Part shown: positions 25,248 to 35,777 of the stretch, piece after piece
Layout of the letters: each line of letters starts with the position of its first letter
Position numbering within the stretch: position 1 is the first letter of the stretch
Assembly: GCA_000934665.2 (NCBI GenBank)
Contig: KZ538172.1
Coordinates: 62,001-112,452 of the forward strand
Source: Catajapyx aquilonaris
Taxonomy: Eukaryota
Reading direction: 5' to 3'
DNA: 50,452 bases
The notes under the pieces: generated by a model
Database searches by the model: none
Seen by the model: the letters and a program-made list of their open reading frames with translations, nothing else
What the model was told of the DNA's origin: nothing
Position numbers and translations under genes: made by a program

Positions 25248-25616
25248 TAATAATAATATAATAATATAATAATCCTTGGGTAGTGCCTGACCCTATATAG
25301 GGTATGCGGCACGGACCTTTATTATACTTGAAGTACAATCCAGTACAATGCTGGAACCTTAAGCGAATCGCCCGGGCCCACGGGCAGGATGACAGGAGGG
25401 GATGTGCAAGGTGCAGTGCAATGTCTTGTACGTGGCCATTTTTAGTGAACTCCCCTGGGTGGTTTAGTCTGTGGAAATACCACCCGAGACAAAGCCAGAG
25501 GTGACCCTCAACTCTGCATGAGATGAAGGGGGTGTCCCGGGCTGGGATCGAACCCGGGACCTTAACATCCGTGGGCACACACCGTGGGCATTACCGCAGC
25601 ACCACTCCGCCTCCCC
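25248..25616 (-). mobile_element. tRNA-derived SINE, family 2 (second copy)
   Basis: Close match to the 23572-23914 copy. TSD tgctgctcagta at 25236-25247 and 25617-25628. Confidence 0.9.
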
Positions 25617-25941
25617 TGCTGCTCAGTAATAATGCACCCATTTTGGTCTTGTTCTGTTAGAATCATCTGTCGTACACTATGTTTCCATGGACCCTGAGTT
25701 AGTTGTACCAGTATTCCTGTGAAATGAAGGTGTCAGTTGGGATACTCTCAGGCTGGTTTTCTACGTCACTGTACAGGAATATTCCTCATTTTAACTACAG
25801 TGAAACCTGTGTATTACGGGATCGTACGGGAACCCATTTACCATAATGGATAGGTTTCCGCTATATTCAGATAAAGTATAATAATTGGGGCACTAACCCC
25901 TAATAACCCCCAATATGTTCAGATCAAGGATGTTACTTACA

Positions 25942-26345
25942 CAGGGTGGTCCAACTTCAAGTGTCGTTTTATAACGGCGATTAATAGCAGTGATTTTGCG
26001 ATGACGTAGCAGCGACGTGTAAAATGTCCCACTTCGGCGCCATCGAAAATATTACCTGCCAATAGCAGCACACATGTAATCAACCCTGCTGTTGGGTTGA
26101 CCTGGAAAAAAGGAGGTGCACACATGACCTTCGATGCGCCTGGATGAAATGGGTGACGCCCAAGGCACCAGATCGGCATTGGTACCACATGTGGTTGCAC
26201 AGGGTTCATTACATGTGTGCTGCTATTGGCAGCTAATATTTTCGATGGCGCCGAAGTGGGCCATTTTACACGTGGCTGCTACGATAATCGTAATGCGCTT
26301 CTATTAATAGCCGTTATAAACGACACTTGAAGTTGGACCTCCCTG
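25942..26345. mobile_element. Palindromic CAGGGTG-type MITE nested in Tigger
   Basis: About 145-bp inverted arms, e.g. ggtccaacttcaagtgtcgttt / aaacgacacttgaagttggacc. Confidence 0.85.
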
Positions 26346-26653
26346 TATTTTTGCTGATGCGAAAGAGAGGAAAATGGGAGAACACAAATAAGCACCTTAC
26401 CTCAATCTGGTGCAAAATCAGTCCATACAGGAGAATTTTTGCGGAATAGTCTGTTTTGCCTGGCGTATAGCACTTCTAATAAATGACAGTTTCATTGCAG
26501 TTTTTTTTTTTTACGTTACCCTCATTAACCTCATTAACACCACCTGTGCAGTGATTGTTCAGAAAGAATGTCACATATCCGTCGATGGCCTTGCCAGAAT
26601 ATGTGGTATTTCCCATGATAGTGCCCACGCAATTTTGCACTGACCATTTCCAC

Positions 26654-26990
26654 TTTTGTTTTTTTTTACGTTACCCCGTGATAAGGCGGAGCCTTTTTAG
26701 GGGGGTGGCACACCACCATCAGTTTTCTAGTAACTGTGTACTATTTTTCTTCGCTCACCGGTGCAAGGAGACAGGGACATGGGTAAGGATATGGATTTTT
26801 GAGGAGGGAACATGGGGTGCAAGTGCAAGATCTGTAAAGGGGTCATGTGCTGTTCCCCAGGAGGTTAGGTTGCCAGACACCTCCTTGGTGCAGGTCAGAG
26901 ACCCTCCTGACGCAGGTGAAAGGAAAGTTCCCCAGGCGGGGATCGAATCTGGGGCCTTTCACTCAGCAAGCCGAGATGGGTTTCATTGCA
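26654..26990 (-). mobile_element. tRNA-derived SINE, family 3 (head eroded)
   Basis: Poly-A tail at ~26654-26668; body matches 30417-30582. Confidence 0.75.
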
Positions 26991-27925
26991 GTTGAAAATG
27001 ACCTCCTTGGAATGCCATGAACAAATGCTTTCCCACCTTCTCTTTCCAATTTTCTACTGTGAGATTCACGACACTTGCATGACCACACACTGTTTTCCAC
27101 TAATTCTGTGCCTGTTGTGGAAACTTTCCAGCCACCCATTTGAAGTACTAAATTTAGCCACACCAAGTTTTTGGACTATTAATTTTGCCTGCTCGATTGG
27201 ACCATCGCCCCCGACACAGGCAATACGTTGAGCCTGTGTCAACCCTTTAATCTTCCTGAACATTTTAAAACTGGACTGAACAGAGAAATAAACTTGAAAG
27301 CAGTTAGGTAGGGCACCTACAAATCACAAGTCACAATCTTCATGGCCATCCCGCAAGCCATCTCCATTTTCCAACCAAAAATAGTCCCCTTTTCCCGACC
27401 AATACGCTTATTTTCAAGGACACGAGCTGGTACCAATTCCAGCAATTATGAGACACAGTATGGTGTCAGATGGTCCAGAAAGGGTTACTCAAGGCCTCCT
27501 GGGAGGGCCGAGAGGGAATCTGCCTGTAGTTTATATTTTTGTGGCTAGCAGGAGATGATGTGAACCTTTTGATTTCCATTATGAACAGATATTTTCTCTG
27601 AATGGAGCCAAAAATCCCTTCCATTTCCGTGTTGGGCAGGTTCCGTAATACCTGTCAAAAAATACATTACATGCCCTGTGCATATGCCCGTTCCCAGAAA
27701 AACTTCTGCTATACCCAGGGTCCCTAATTGGCAGGTTTCACTGTTCTAACTCCAGTCCATGCAAACATACCTTACCCAAATCCCGTAGTCTACGCGCACT
27801 CCAAAAAAGTGGAGGGATGGATGGGGTAGTAAACAAAATGTGATAAAGAAATCTCCATTAAGATTATCTGGACTTTAGAAATGATAATTATTATTAATCG
27901 TACCTCTGCCACAGTAGCTTCGCCT

Positions 27926-28155
27926 ACCGAAGCAGGTTGGCATGGTGGATAAGGCGTCCGACTGCTAATCGGGAGGTCCTGGGTTCGAATCCTGGGGCCG
28001 ACAATCCTGACTGTGGTTTTCTATGGTTTTCCACGGTCTTCCTAGGATAATTCCGGGGTCTCTTCCGTATAATAGGCCACAGCCACTTCCTTCCTTCCCT
28101 ATCCTTGGAGGTTGAAGAGGCAATGCCGGGCCAACCTCCCTAATATCAATTATAA
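27926..28155 (+). mobile_element. tRNA-derived SINE, family 1 (short-tail form)
   Basis: Same head with B box GGTTCGAATCC. TSD agtagctt(c/a)gcct at 27913-27925 and 28156-28168. Confidence 0.9.
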
Positions 28156-28358
28156 AGTAGCTTAGCCTGATTTTGTCTGTGATATAGATGTAAACAAAAT
28201 ATCTGGAGTTCCAACTGACTGTGTGAGATCTTAACTGATTTACATGCTATATATCAAGTGAAGCTTGCTTGTTTATATTAATGCTTCACTGCAATTTTTC
28301 AAATCGTGCGTTGCCATGTTTCTTTTAGCAGACGATTCACTTGTAGAACTTTGATGTA

Positions 28359-28520
28359 CAGTACTGGCCAATAATCGAGGCAACGACTAGCGACGTTTTC
28401 CCGAAGCGGCAGAAGAAGGAATCGAAGATAAGCATGCTACAAGCCGGGCGAGCAAGATTCCTTCTTCTGCCGCTTCGGGAAAATGTCGCTAGTCGTTGCC
28501 TCGATTATTGGCCAGTACTG
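28359..28520. mobile_element. Tc1-like palindromic MITE
   Basis: TA-CAGTACTGGCCAATAATC...GATTATTGGCCAGTACTG-TA; nearly perfect ~65-bp arms. Confidence 0.9.
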
Positions 28521-28988
28521 TACTTTTGATATGTTGTTAGCAAGAGGCAAGTTAATCTATAATTCACCTTTCTACTTTTGAATATATTGTCCAGATTACA
28601 TAGAGCAAGAGTTATGTTATTTCTGCCTCATTGTGCAGCTTCCTCACTCTGTGATCTGCAACTCACCACCATTTTAGCTGTTCAAAACTCTGTGACTGAA
28701 TATTGCACCCTAAATTAACTTTTGTTCCAGACTGGCCTGCTGCATTTGGATGACATATCCCATGTCATCTGGCTATAACTGAAACTGATACTTTACAGGG
28801 ATTTGAAATTTTGTGAGAGCTGATTTGTGCAGTCTGTCTTATGTAGTGGTTTTACTCACAAGTGTGCTGCTTGCATTTCTTCTGGTGTAGCATAGCCACA
28901 GATGCTTATGCATCATAAAACTTTCAATCGATCATTACGTTTCCATGAATTAAGTGTTAATAATTTTAATCTGTTTTTTTTTTTTCAG

Positions 28989-29079
28989 AAACACTATTCT
29001 GAATCCAAAGATGTGGACAAAATATCCCATGTGCAGGGCGAGTTGGATGAATTAAAGGACATTATGGTTCGCAACATTG
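28989..29079 (+). CDS. VAMP7: VAMP7 coding exon 3 (linker and SNARE motif start)
   Basis: Poly-T tract cag|KHYSESKDVDKISHVQGELDELKDIMVRNI+G|gttagt; 91 nt, phase 1. Confidence 0.96.
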
Positions 29080-29148
29080 GTTAGTACAACAATGTTTGCT
29101 TATATGACGTAATTCACCGACAATATTACTATATAATATTTTCTACAG

Positions 29149-29216
29149 ATACATTGGCAGCTCGTGGAGAAAAACTGGAATTGCTGGTGGATAAGACTGA
29201 AAACCTGAGTGCCAAT
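29149..29216 (+). CDS. VAMP7: VAMP7 coding exon 4 (R-SNARE zero layer R150)
   Basis: ctacag|(D)TLAARGEKLELLVDKTENLSAN|gtaagt; 68 nt; follows a 69-nt intron. Confidence 0.96.
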
Positions 29217-29711
29217 GTAAGTTTATTTGATTTGATTTAATTATTTGGTAAACTTGCAACTGCCGTGTCCATCTCTCCTGATCCAAAAAGGAACAAATAC
29301 TGCAGCTGTGATCAGCAGACTAACACTTGATTCACATGTTACAATGGAATCCTCAACTGGTGATATGTATGTAAATGTAATGTAGATGTAATGTAATGTG
29401 AAGTTTTTGCTGTAATATTGTACGTGCTTGCAATATTTATCACGTTTGTTAAGTAGGAATAGTTGTTTCTATGGACAAGCGGTTGCCAAGAGCAGAAGGC
29501 TATCCATATATGGCCAGTTAGGTAATTTTTTATGTTGGATACTTTGTTAGTTTTAGGGATTTGGATAAGAGAGGAGCGGTTTCTTTCAGAAGAAGGCTGT
29601 TCATTTTTAACCAAGAACGTTTAAGATATTTGTTATGTGGAGTGTTGTCCTGTTAGGGTGGTGTGAGCGATTGTCCGTGCAGTGATCTGGTGACAGGTTA
29701 TGTTTAGATTA

Positions 29712-29927
29712 GAGGTGAAGTGGGGGAAGTGCACACCCGGGGTAAGTGCTCATATTGTGCCGCCATATTGGAATGAAAATGGCTGACGACACCAAAACGC
29801 GTCAGCTATGTAGCTGCACAGTGCAGCTACATAGCTGACGTGTTTTGGTGTCGTCAGCCATTTTCATTCCAATATGGCGGCACAATATGAGCACTTACCC
29901 CGGGTGTGCACTTCCCCCACTTCACCC
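29712..29927. mobile_element. Near-perfect palindromic MITE
   Basis: About 105-bp arms with a 1-nt centre (tgcac-a-gtgca) and only a single internal mismatch seen; TA flanks. Confidence 0.9.
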
Positions 29928-30070
29928 TATATTATTTTGGCTTTTCCAAACTGTTTTATTATGCTTTATTGCAATGAATGTGTGTCATTTTTAGTTCATA
30001 ATTGGGGTTAACTTGCTTCTCCTTCATTGCTGACTACCCCGTATATGGAAAATGTCATGATGAATGTATA

Positions 30071-31090
30071 CAGGGTGAAGGGAAACTCGCGCCAAATCGC
30101 CAGGTAGACTGATAGTACTCGCAAATCTAATATAGGGATGTGCAATGAGTTTTTGGCTCCATTGCGTAGTTAATGTGTATGGAGCCCTTAAAGTGTAGAG
30201 AGCCAGATGGTGGAGTATGAGGCAAAAACGACAAAGTGCATGTGTGTCGTACCCAGATTCTTGCTCTGATGGGATTTGATCACCTATTGCACATGGACGA
30301 TGTGTTAGGGGACCAAGGCAAGGGACCAGAGGCCCTCGAACTGACTTTTGCTTCTTCGAAGCTGGCGGAACGGATGTGATGTCACAAAACTTTGATGGCG
30401 CCATACACATTAACTACGCAGGGACATGGTAAGGATAGGGATTTTTGAGGAGGGAACATTTGGTGCAGGTCAGAGACCCTCCTGACGCAGGTGAAAGGAA
30501 AACTCCCCAGGGGGGGGGTCGAACCTGGGGCCTTGCATTCAGCAAGCCGAGACGTTACCATCTCGGCCATCTACACCTCCCCTATTTCCACAAAATTATG
30601 ATGCATTTGCACCTGATGCGATGGGTTGTTTACTCCAAAGGAGAGGCAGATGCGGGTAGAGGTTTGTGAAGAGTTTCAGTGTCTTGTGGCCTCATATGGT
30701 GACCAGTATCTGCTGTTCACAATCTTAGCATGTCATACACCTCTGTGGCTGTTTTCTTCAAACGGAAGCAAAACCTCAACACTGAATATTGACCGTCACC
30801 AGACACCACCAACCTCCTGGAAGAGGGGAGGCGAATATAAACCAAGGCCTACTTCTGGTGTCACTGTCACTTGGGATTGTGGAATGTTTGCACAAAAATT
30901 GGTGATCCAATACTTCATCCCATTCTGGACACGATGTCACTCACGAAAAGTCATGAACTAACTCTCTTTGTCACATTAAAAATCAGTCTCAATTTGTTTT
31001 GACTCGCCCTCATAATTGCACATCCCTATATTAGTTTTACGAGTCCTATCAGTCTACCTGGCGATTTGGCGCGAGTTTTCCTTCACCCTG
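30071..31090. mobile_element. CAGGGTG-type Tc1/mariner element carrying SINE and mariner fragments
   Basis: 75-bp TIRs (30071-30145 / 31015-31090), TA flanks. Cargo: SINE family 3 and the right half of the mariner derivative (30583-31012). Confidence 0.85.
30417..30582 (-). mobile_element. tRNA-derived SINE, family 3 (tail deleted)
   Basis: A box TGGCCGAGATGG, B box GGTTCGACCCC. Confidence 0.8.
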
Positions 31091-31202
31091 TATATCTGTT
31101 GGGCATGTTTACATATGAGCGATATTATCAGCAATGAGCATCACTGAGCAATGAAACCAATTGTTTGGGATGAAAATCTATTGTTACTTTTGCACCTTAC
31201 TA

Positions 31203-31479
31203 CTCTCCAATTCACATAAGTCTGAACCTTTTTGGATATATATGCGCCCGAGGGGGTGAGCCGCTGCAAAATTAGTCCCTGGTATCTATGGCTTTCTCGA
31301 AGAAACAGTGCTGGTACATGTAATTCGAATGCTTAATTATCATGGTCAGCCCATGCGGTAGCTGCAGCGCTACACAAACTGCACATTTTGTCGTGAGGAG
31401 CGGTAGGACCCGGAATGGGGGGCACTACTTTCAGGCGTATGGATATTCAAAAAGGTTCAGACTTATGTGAATCGGAGAG
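31203..31479. mobile_element. TA-MITE (same family as 18784-20238) nested in MITE 31101-31524
   Basis: TA-CTCTCCAATTCACATAAGTCTGAACCTTTT...AAAAGGTTCAGACTTATGTGAATCGGAGAG-TA. Confidence 0.85.
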
Positions 31480-31579
31480 TATTGGTTTCATCACTGAGCG
31501 AATCGGTCACATGTAAATGCGGCATAAGTCTCTGGCAAACACAAAATATATTAAAACTAATTTAACTTGTTTATTGCAG

Positions 31580-31672
31580 GCAGTGACATTTCGGAAGAGT
31601 AGCCGCAACTTGGCTCGTTCTCTGTGGTGGAAAAACATCAAGCTGACTGCCATAATTATTGTTGTTGTCATC
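31580..31672 (+). CDS. VAMP7: VAMP7 coding exon 5 (SNARE C-term and start of TM helix)
   Basis: ttgcag|AVTFRKSSRNLARSLWWKNIKLTAIIIVVVI|gtaagt; 93 nt. Confidence 0.96.
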
Positions 31673-31735
31673 GTAAGTGTGTTGTAAATTTTTGTGTGTT
31701 TATGTTGGACTAATAAGTCTCTCGCTTCTTTTCAG

Positions 31736-31804
31736 ATTGTGATTTACTTTATAGTTTCCATGGCTTGTGGCGGGCTGGATTGGAGCAGTTGCGTGGGGAA
31801 GTGA
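31736..31804 (+). CDS. VAMP7: VAMP7 coding exon 6 (TM end, luminal tail, stop)
   Basis: tttcag|IVIYFIVSMACGGLDWSSCVGK*; 69 nt. Total CDS 663 nt = 220 aa. Confidence 0.95.
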   Translation: MVIYFIVSMACGGLDWSSCVGK

Positions 31805-32064
31805 GAAAAAAGATTGGCATTTTTAACAAAGTCACAATAATGGAAGGAATAATTGCACATCTTTAATTGTGTATATATCATAATTTTTTTTGTACATAAG
31901 AGCTGCACTTTTTTCACTCTCATATCAAACATGTAAATTTTGTTATTACAAATTATCTCTTAGTTTCAGTGTATATGTTGAATTATTGCTTTTTGCATGA
32001 ATTTTGTAGGCATTGCCATTTTCTAGTTCAGGATGCACCAAGGTCAGTTTTTTCTATGCTGTTC

Positions 32065-32070
32065 AATAAA
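32065..32070 (+). terminator. Probable VAMP7 polyadenylation signal
   Basis: AATAAA about 260 nt after the stop, with ATTAAA variants just downstream. Confidence 0.6.
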
Positions 32071-32353
32071 GTATTACCAGGAATGATGGATGAGTTGCAT
32101 TAAAGTCTGATTAAAGCATTTATTAGTATACTATGCTGTATACTGTCCAGTTGCACTGTTTCAAGTGTGGTTAGAAATTAGAATTGTGTGGTTTAGATCT
32201 GCTTAGTATCATAAGCCTAAGCAAGTGCAGTAAAGAGGGGCAGCGTGGCTATTAGGACAGGCAGATAGAGAGAGAAAAGTAGTCATTCAGGACTTTACTG
32301 GGGAAACACAAAGAAGTGTTCATCCAGTTTCCCCTTACCACCAGAGAGCAAAT

Positions 32354-32602
32354 CGTCGTTAATCTGACAAAAGGACGAATTCGACAATTTTGCTAAAATC
32401 AGATTATGGCCTCTGCCAGTGTCACCATCAAGTGTTGGGTCATATCCTTGCAAAATGGGGTACCCATGGAACAAGTGTCAGAGTTAGAATGGAAAATAAA
32501 AACACCCATCTTTCATATTTGTATAGCGGTTTGCAGTTTTCTTTTGGCTCTCCTGTAAAATTGTGAAAATGTTGAATGCGTCTTTTTGTCAGATTAACGA
32601 CG
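32354..32602. mobile_element. Sola-like MITE
   Basis: TIR cgtcgttaatctgacaaaa / ttttgtcagattaacgacg; perfect 4-bp TSD aaat. Confidence 0.7.
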
Positions 32603-32756
32603 AAATGTAGCCCAGGTCAAGGGAGAAATGGTATGCTCACTGGACAATTTGGAAGAACAATATGCTTTCAGATTGGTGAAGGGTTATAAGTTAGGTAATA
32701 AGCAAAGGGAGCCAAATACATACAAACATGTTCAGCTGTCTTGGTGATGCCTCTTT

Positions 32757-35222
32757 TAGTGGGGGCTCTTAGGGTCCAAATTCGACCAGATGGAGACAGG
32801 TTGGACAAAAGCACCATATTTTTTCCATGGAATCTGTATTGCTTACGCTTTAGATTTTTGGTAGGATCCACGTGATCAAGACAATGGATCATGAGTTATG
32901 AGTCATAATCCATGTGACCGTGTCAGCCGGTGGATACTTCTTCAATATATTGTTGATACTGCCGCATTACAAATAACAATAAATAGTTCCCCGCAGACTA
33001 CTCGTGTTATTTAAGTGTTACTTAAATGAGCTGCACAATAGGGGGTCGATCAGGTGTATGATCAGTGTGCATGAATGTAATGGTAATTGTATGGGGCATT
33101 CTGCGTCAATGGGCCTACCCGTTATTGCCATGACCTTTTCAGGTTTTGGTCATATTGAAGTATATTGTAGTACCAACAGACAGGTTTGCGTAACCGAGTT
33201 TGTTTCTCGGTACGACGAGTGGTTATGAAACTACAGGGTGCCCAATGTGCCAATTTTGCTCCGTAAGCATCCGTAAGCTGTTACTTGAAGGGCAACTCCC
33301 AGAGGAACAGTTAATTCCTAAACTTTGTATGCATTTGAAAGGTAATTTCACTCCTTATGAGATGGTCATACTCGTAATTAAGAAGACAAAAAAATTTTAA
33401 ATAAAAATGCTGGTCAAAAAATTTATTATTTTGATGTTGATCATTAATGGACCTCCGCGATTTATTTTGAACAGCACTTAAAATTATAAGTGAAATGTTT
33501 ACTTGGGATTCCGCAAAATCTGGAGAACCCCTGTTCCCTGATTCAAGAACTCTACCGAGGTAACAATAAATGCTGATGTCAATGGCCGAGTGAAATGATA
33601 AATTGCATGAAGTTGTAAGAGATTCCCATGAGGAAGGTGCAAGTTTCAGAATCTTTCTTGTCGTGTATGGATGGCCAAAAAAATTATACTGTGGCTGAAT
33701 GATTGATTGGATATTTGTCGATCCAGAAATAATATTACAGCTGCCACTTCAGCATTTACGTAACTGTTATTAAGCAACAATATGAAAAAAAATATGTTCT
33801 CTTTAAAACCGCTGACCATACAAACTTGACATGTGGACAGTTGCCAATCCAGGGACACATGCGACAATGGTATTTTGGAATGATGTTGTATATGTCGTAT
33901 TTCGTGTTGGGCAGTTTATCAGGGTTCATTGTTGAACACAAGAATGGACTAACCGTGTACATAGGTGGATGGAGCAACGATGAAGATTCTTCCATAGGCC
34001 TCCAGCTATGAGCATGCCTTTCTCAACAGTTGTGTAGGCTACATGTACACGCTCAGGTCCGTTCTTGTGTCCAACAATGAACCCTGATAAACCGCCCTAT
34101 ACGCGAAATGCATCATTCCAAAACACCTTCGTTATATATAATTATGTCCCTGGAGCAGTAACAACCCAAGCACGTGTTACGATGCTCAGAGACTTTGAAG
34201 AGAGCATCTATCATATTGTTGCTTAATCACAATTAAGTAAGTGCTGAAATAGCAACTCTAATATTATTTCTGGATCTACAAATATCGGTACCCATTAAAT
34301 TGCTGAGATACTTTACAATTTTATTGGGCATCCATAAATGACACGAAAAATTCTTAAACTTGCTTCTTCAGATGAAGCTCTTAAAAATTGTGGTCTCTTA
34401 ATTAATTTAATGTGATTTATCTTATTACTCAATGACATCGGTATTTATTGTTAACTCGGTCGAGTTCTTGAATCAGGCTTTCTCGCAATATCATATGTAC
34501 GTGGTAGGCCTTTATTTATTTTTAGAGCAACAATATTATTTTGTGAAATTTTGTTGCCAATTTACGGGATTTCTAGGTTTGGCGCACAAAATGCTTTTGA
34601 TATTTGGCAGATATCGAATTTCTGATCTCCAGATTTGGCAGCAATCTCAAGCAAACATTTCCCGTATTATTTGAAGAGCCATTCAAAATCAGTAGTAGGG
34701 GTCGATTAATGAGTAATATCAAAATATAAAAATTTTGGGAACCATTTTGAATTTAAATTGTGGATTTTCTTGTGCATATGTATGACCATCTCATAGAAAG
34801 TGAAAATACCTTTCAAATGCACACATTAAATTTAAGATTAAACCTGATCTTGTGGTCCTCTGAAGTAACAGCATATATGGGTCAAAAATGCTAGAAAATG
34901 GGCACATGTGACACCCTGTAGTTTCGAAACCACACATTGTACACATAAACAAACTCGGTTGCATAAACCCATATATGGGCACTACAACATACCCGAATAT
35001 GGTCAAAATCGGAGAAGGTTGTGTGGCCAAGGGCGGCCCCTTTGACGCGGAATCCCCCTTTGCGCAGGGCGATTTCTGAAAAAATGTCACGTGACAGGAC
35101 CCATGTGCACTGATCGCGTGGATCCTACCAAAAATTATTAGCATAGGACCAAACAAAACTCCATGCAAAGTTTGGTGCTTTTGTCCTACGTGTCCCCTTC
35201 ATCTCGCTAAGAGCCCTCACTA
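32757..35222. mobile_element. 2.47-kb degenerate foldback element (unclassified)
   Basis: Termini TAGTGGGGGCTCTTAG / CTAAGAGCCCTCACTA; mirrored blocks continue to a centre near 34000; no TSD seen. Confidence 0.8.
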
Positions 35223-35444
35223 TTTGGAGGGGTGCATGTTCAGCCTCAAAGTGAATGTGCAATTTTACAACTTAATATGACAACAAAGTAGGGTTGCAAA
35301 GTGATTTCTTGTCAATGGACGTGAGAAAGAGAACTTGGCTTGTAACATGCCACGTGTTTCAACATTTAGCTGACATTGATATAGGTGAAGTTTGCAGATG
35401 CTTGCTCTTGCTCCTGTCAACTCTTACACCCATGGAATCATATA

Positions 35445-35777
35445 CAGGGTGATCAAACTTTTTGTCGTTTTAGTTATTGACAAATTCGCCCTTAGCTGCT
35501 TATAATGTAGCCGTGGCTAGCAACCAGTTGTTGAAATCAGGAATCAGATATAACAACAGTTGATATTAGGGATTAAACAACACGAAACAAATGAAGATCG
35601 ATTCGAACAAATTCAACTGCCATTCTTCATTTGTTTTGTGTTGTTTAATCCCTAATATCAACTGTTGTTATTTCCGATTCCTGATTTCAACAACTGGTTG
35701 CTAGCCACTGCTACAATATAAGCAGCTAAGGCCGAATTTGTCAATAACTAAAACGACAAAAAAGTTTGATCACCCTG
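35445..35777. mobile_element. Palindromic CAGGGTG-type MITE
   Basis: TA-CAGGGTGATCAAACTTT...AAAGTTTGATCACCCTG-TA; ~150-bp arms. Confidence 0.92.

Larger units (their letters stand above)
25798..27743 (-). mobile_element. Tigger/pogo element remnant with nested insertions
   Basis: TIR CAGTGAAACCTG / CAGGTTTCACTG. CENP-B-type HTH remnant GPIEQAKLIVQKLGVAKFSTSNGWLESFHNRHRI at 27066-27263 (-). Confidence 0.8.

Noticed and set aside
28359..29927. Hairpins as miRNA or other ncRNA genes
   Set aside because: Too long and too perfect, with Tc1/mariner-type termini and TA flanks.
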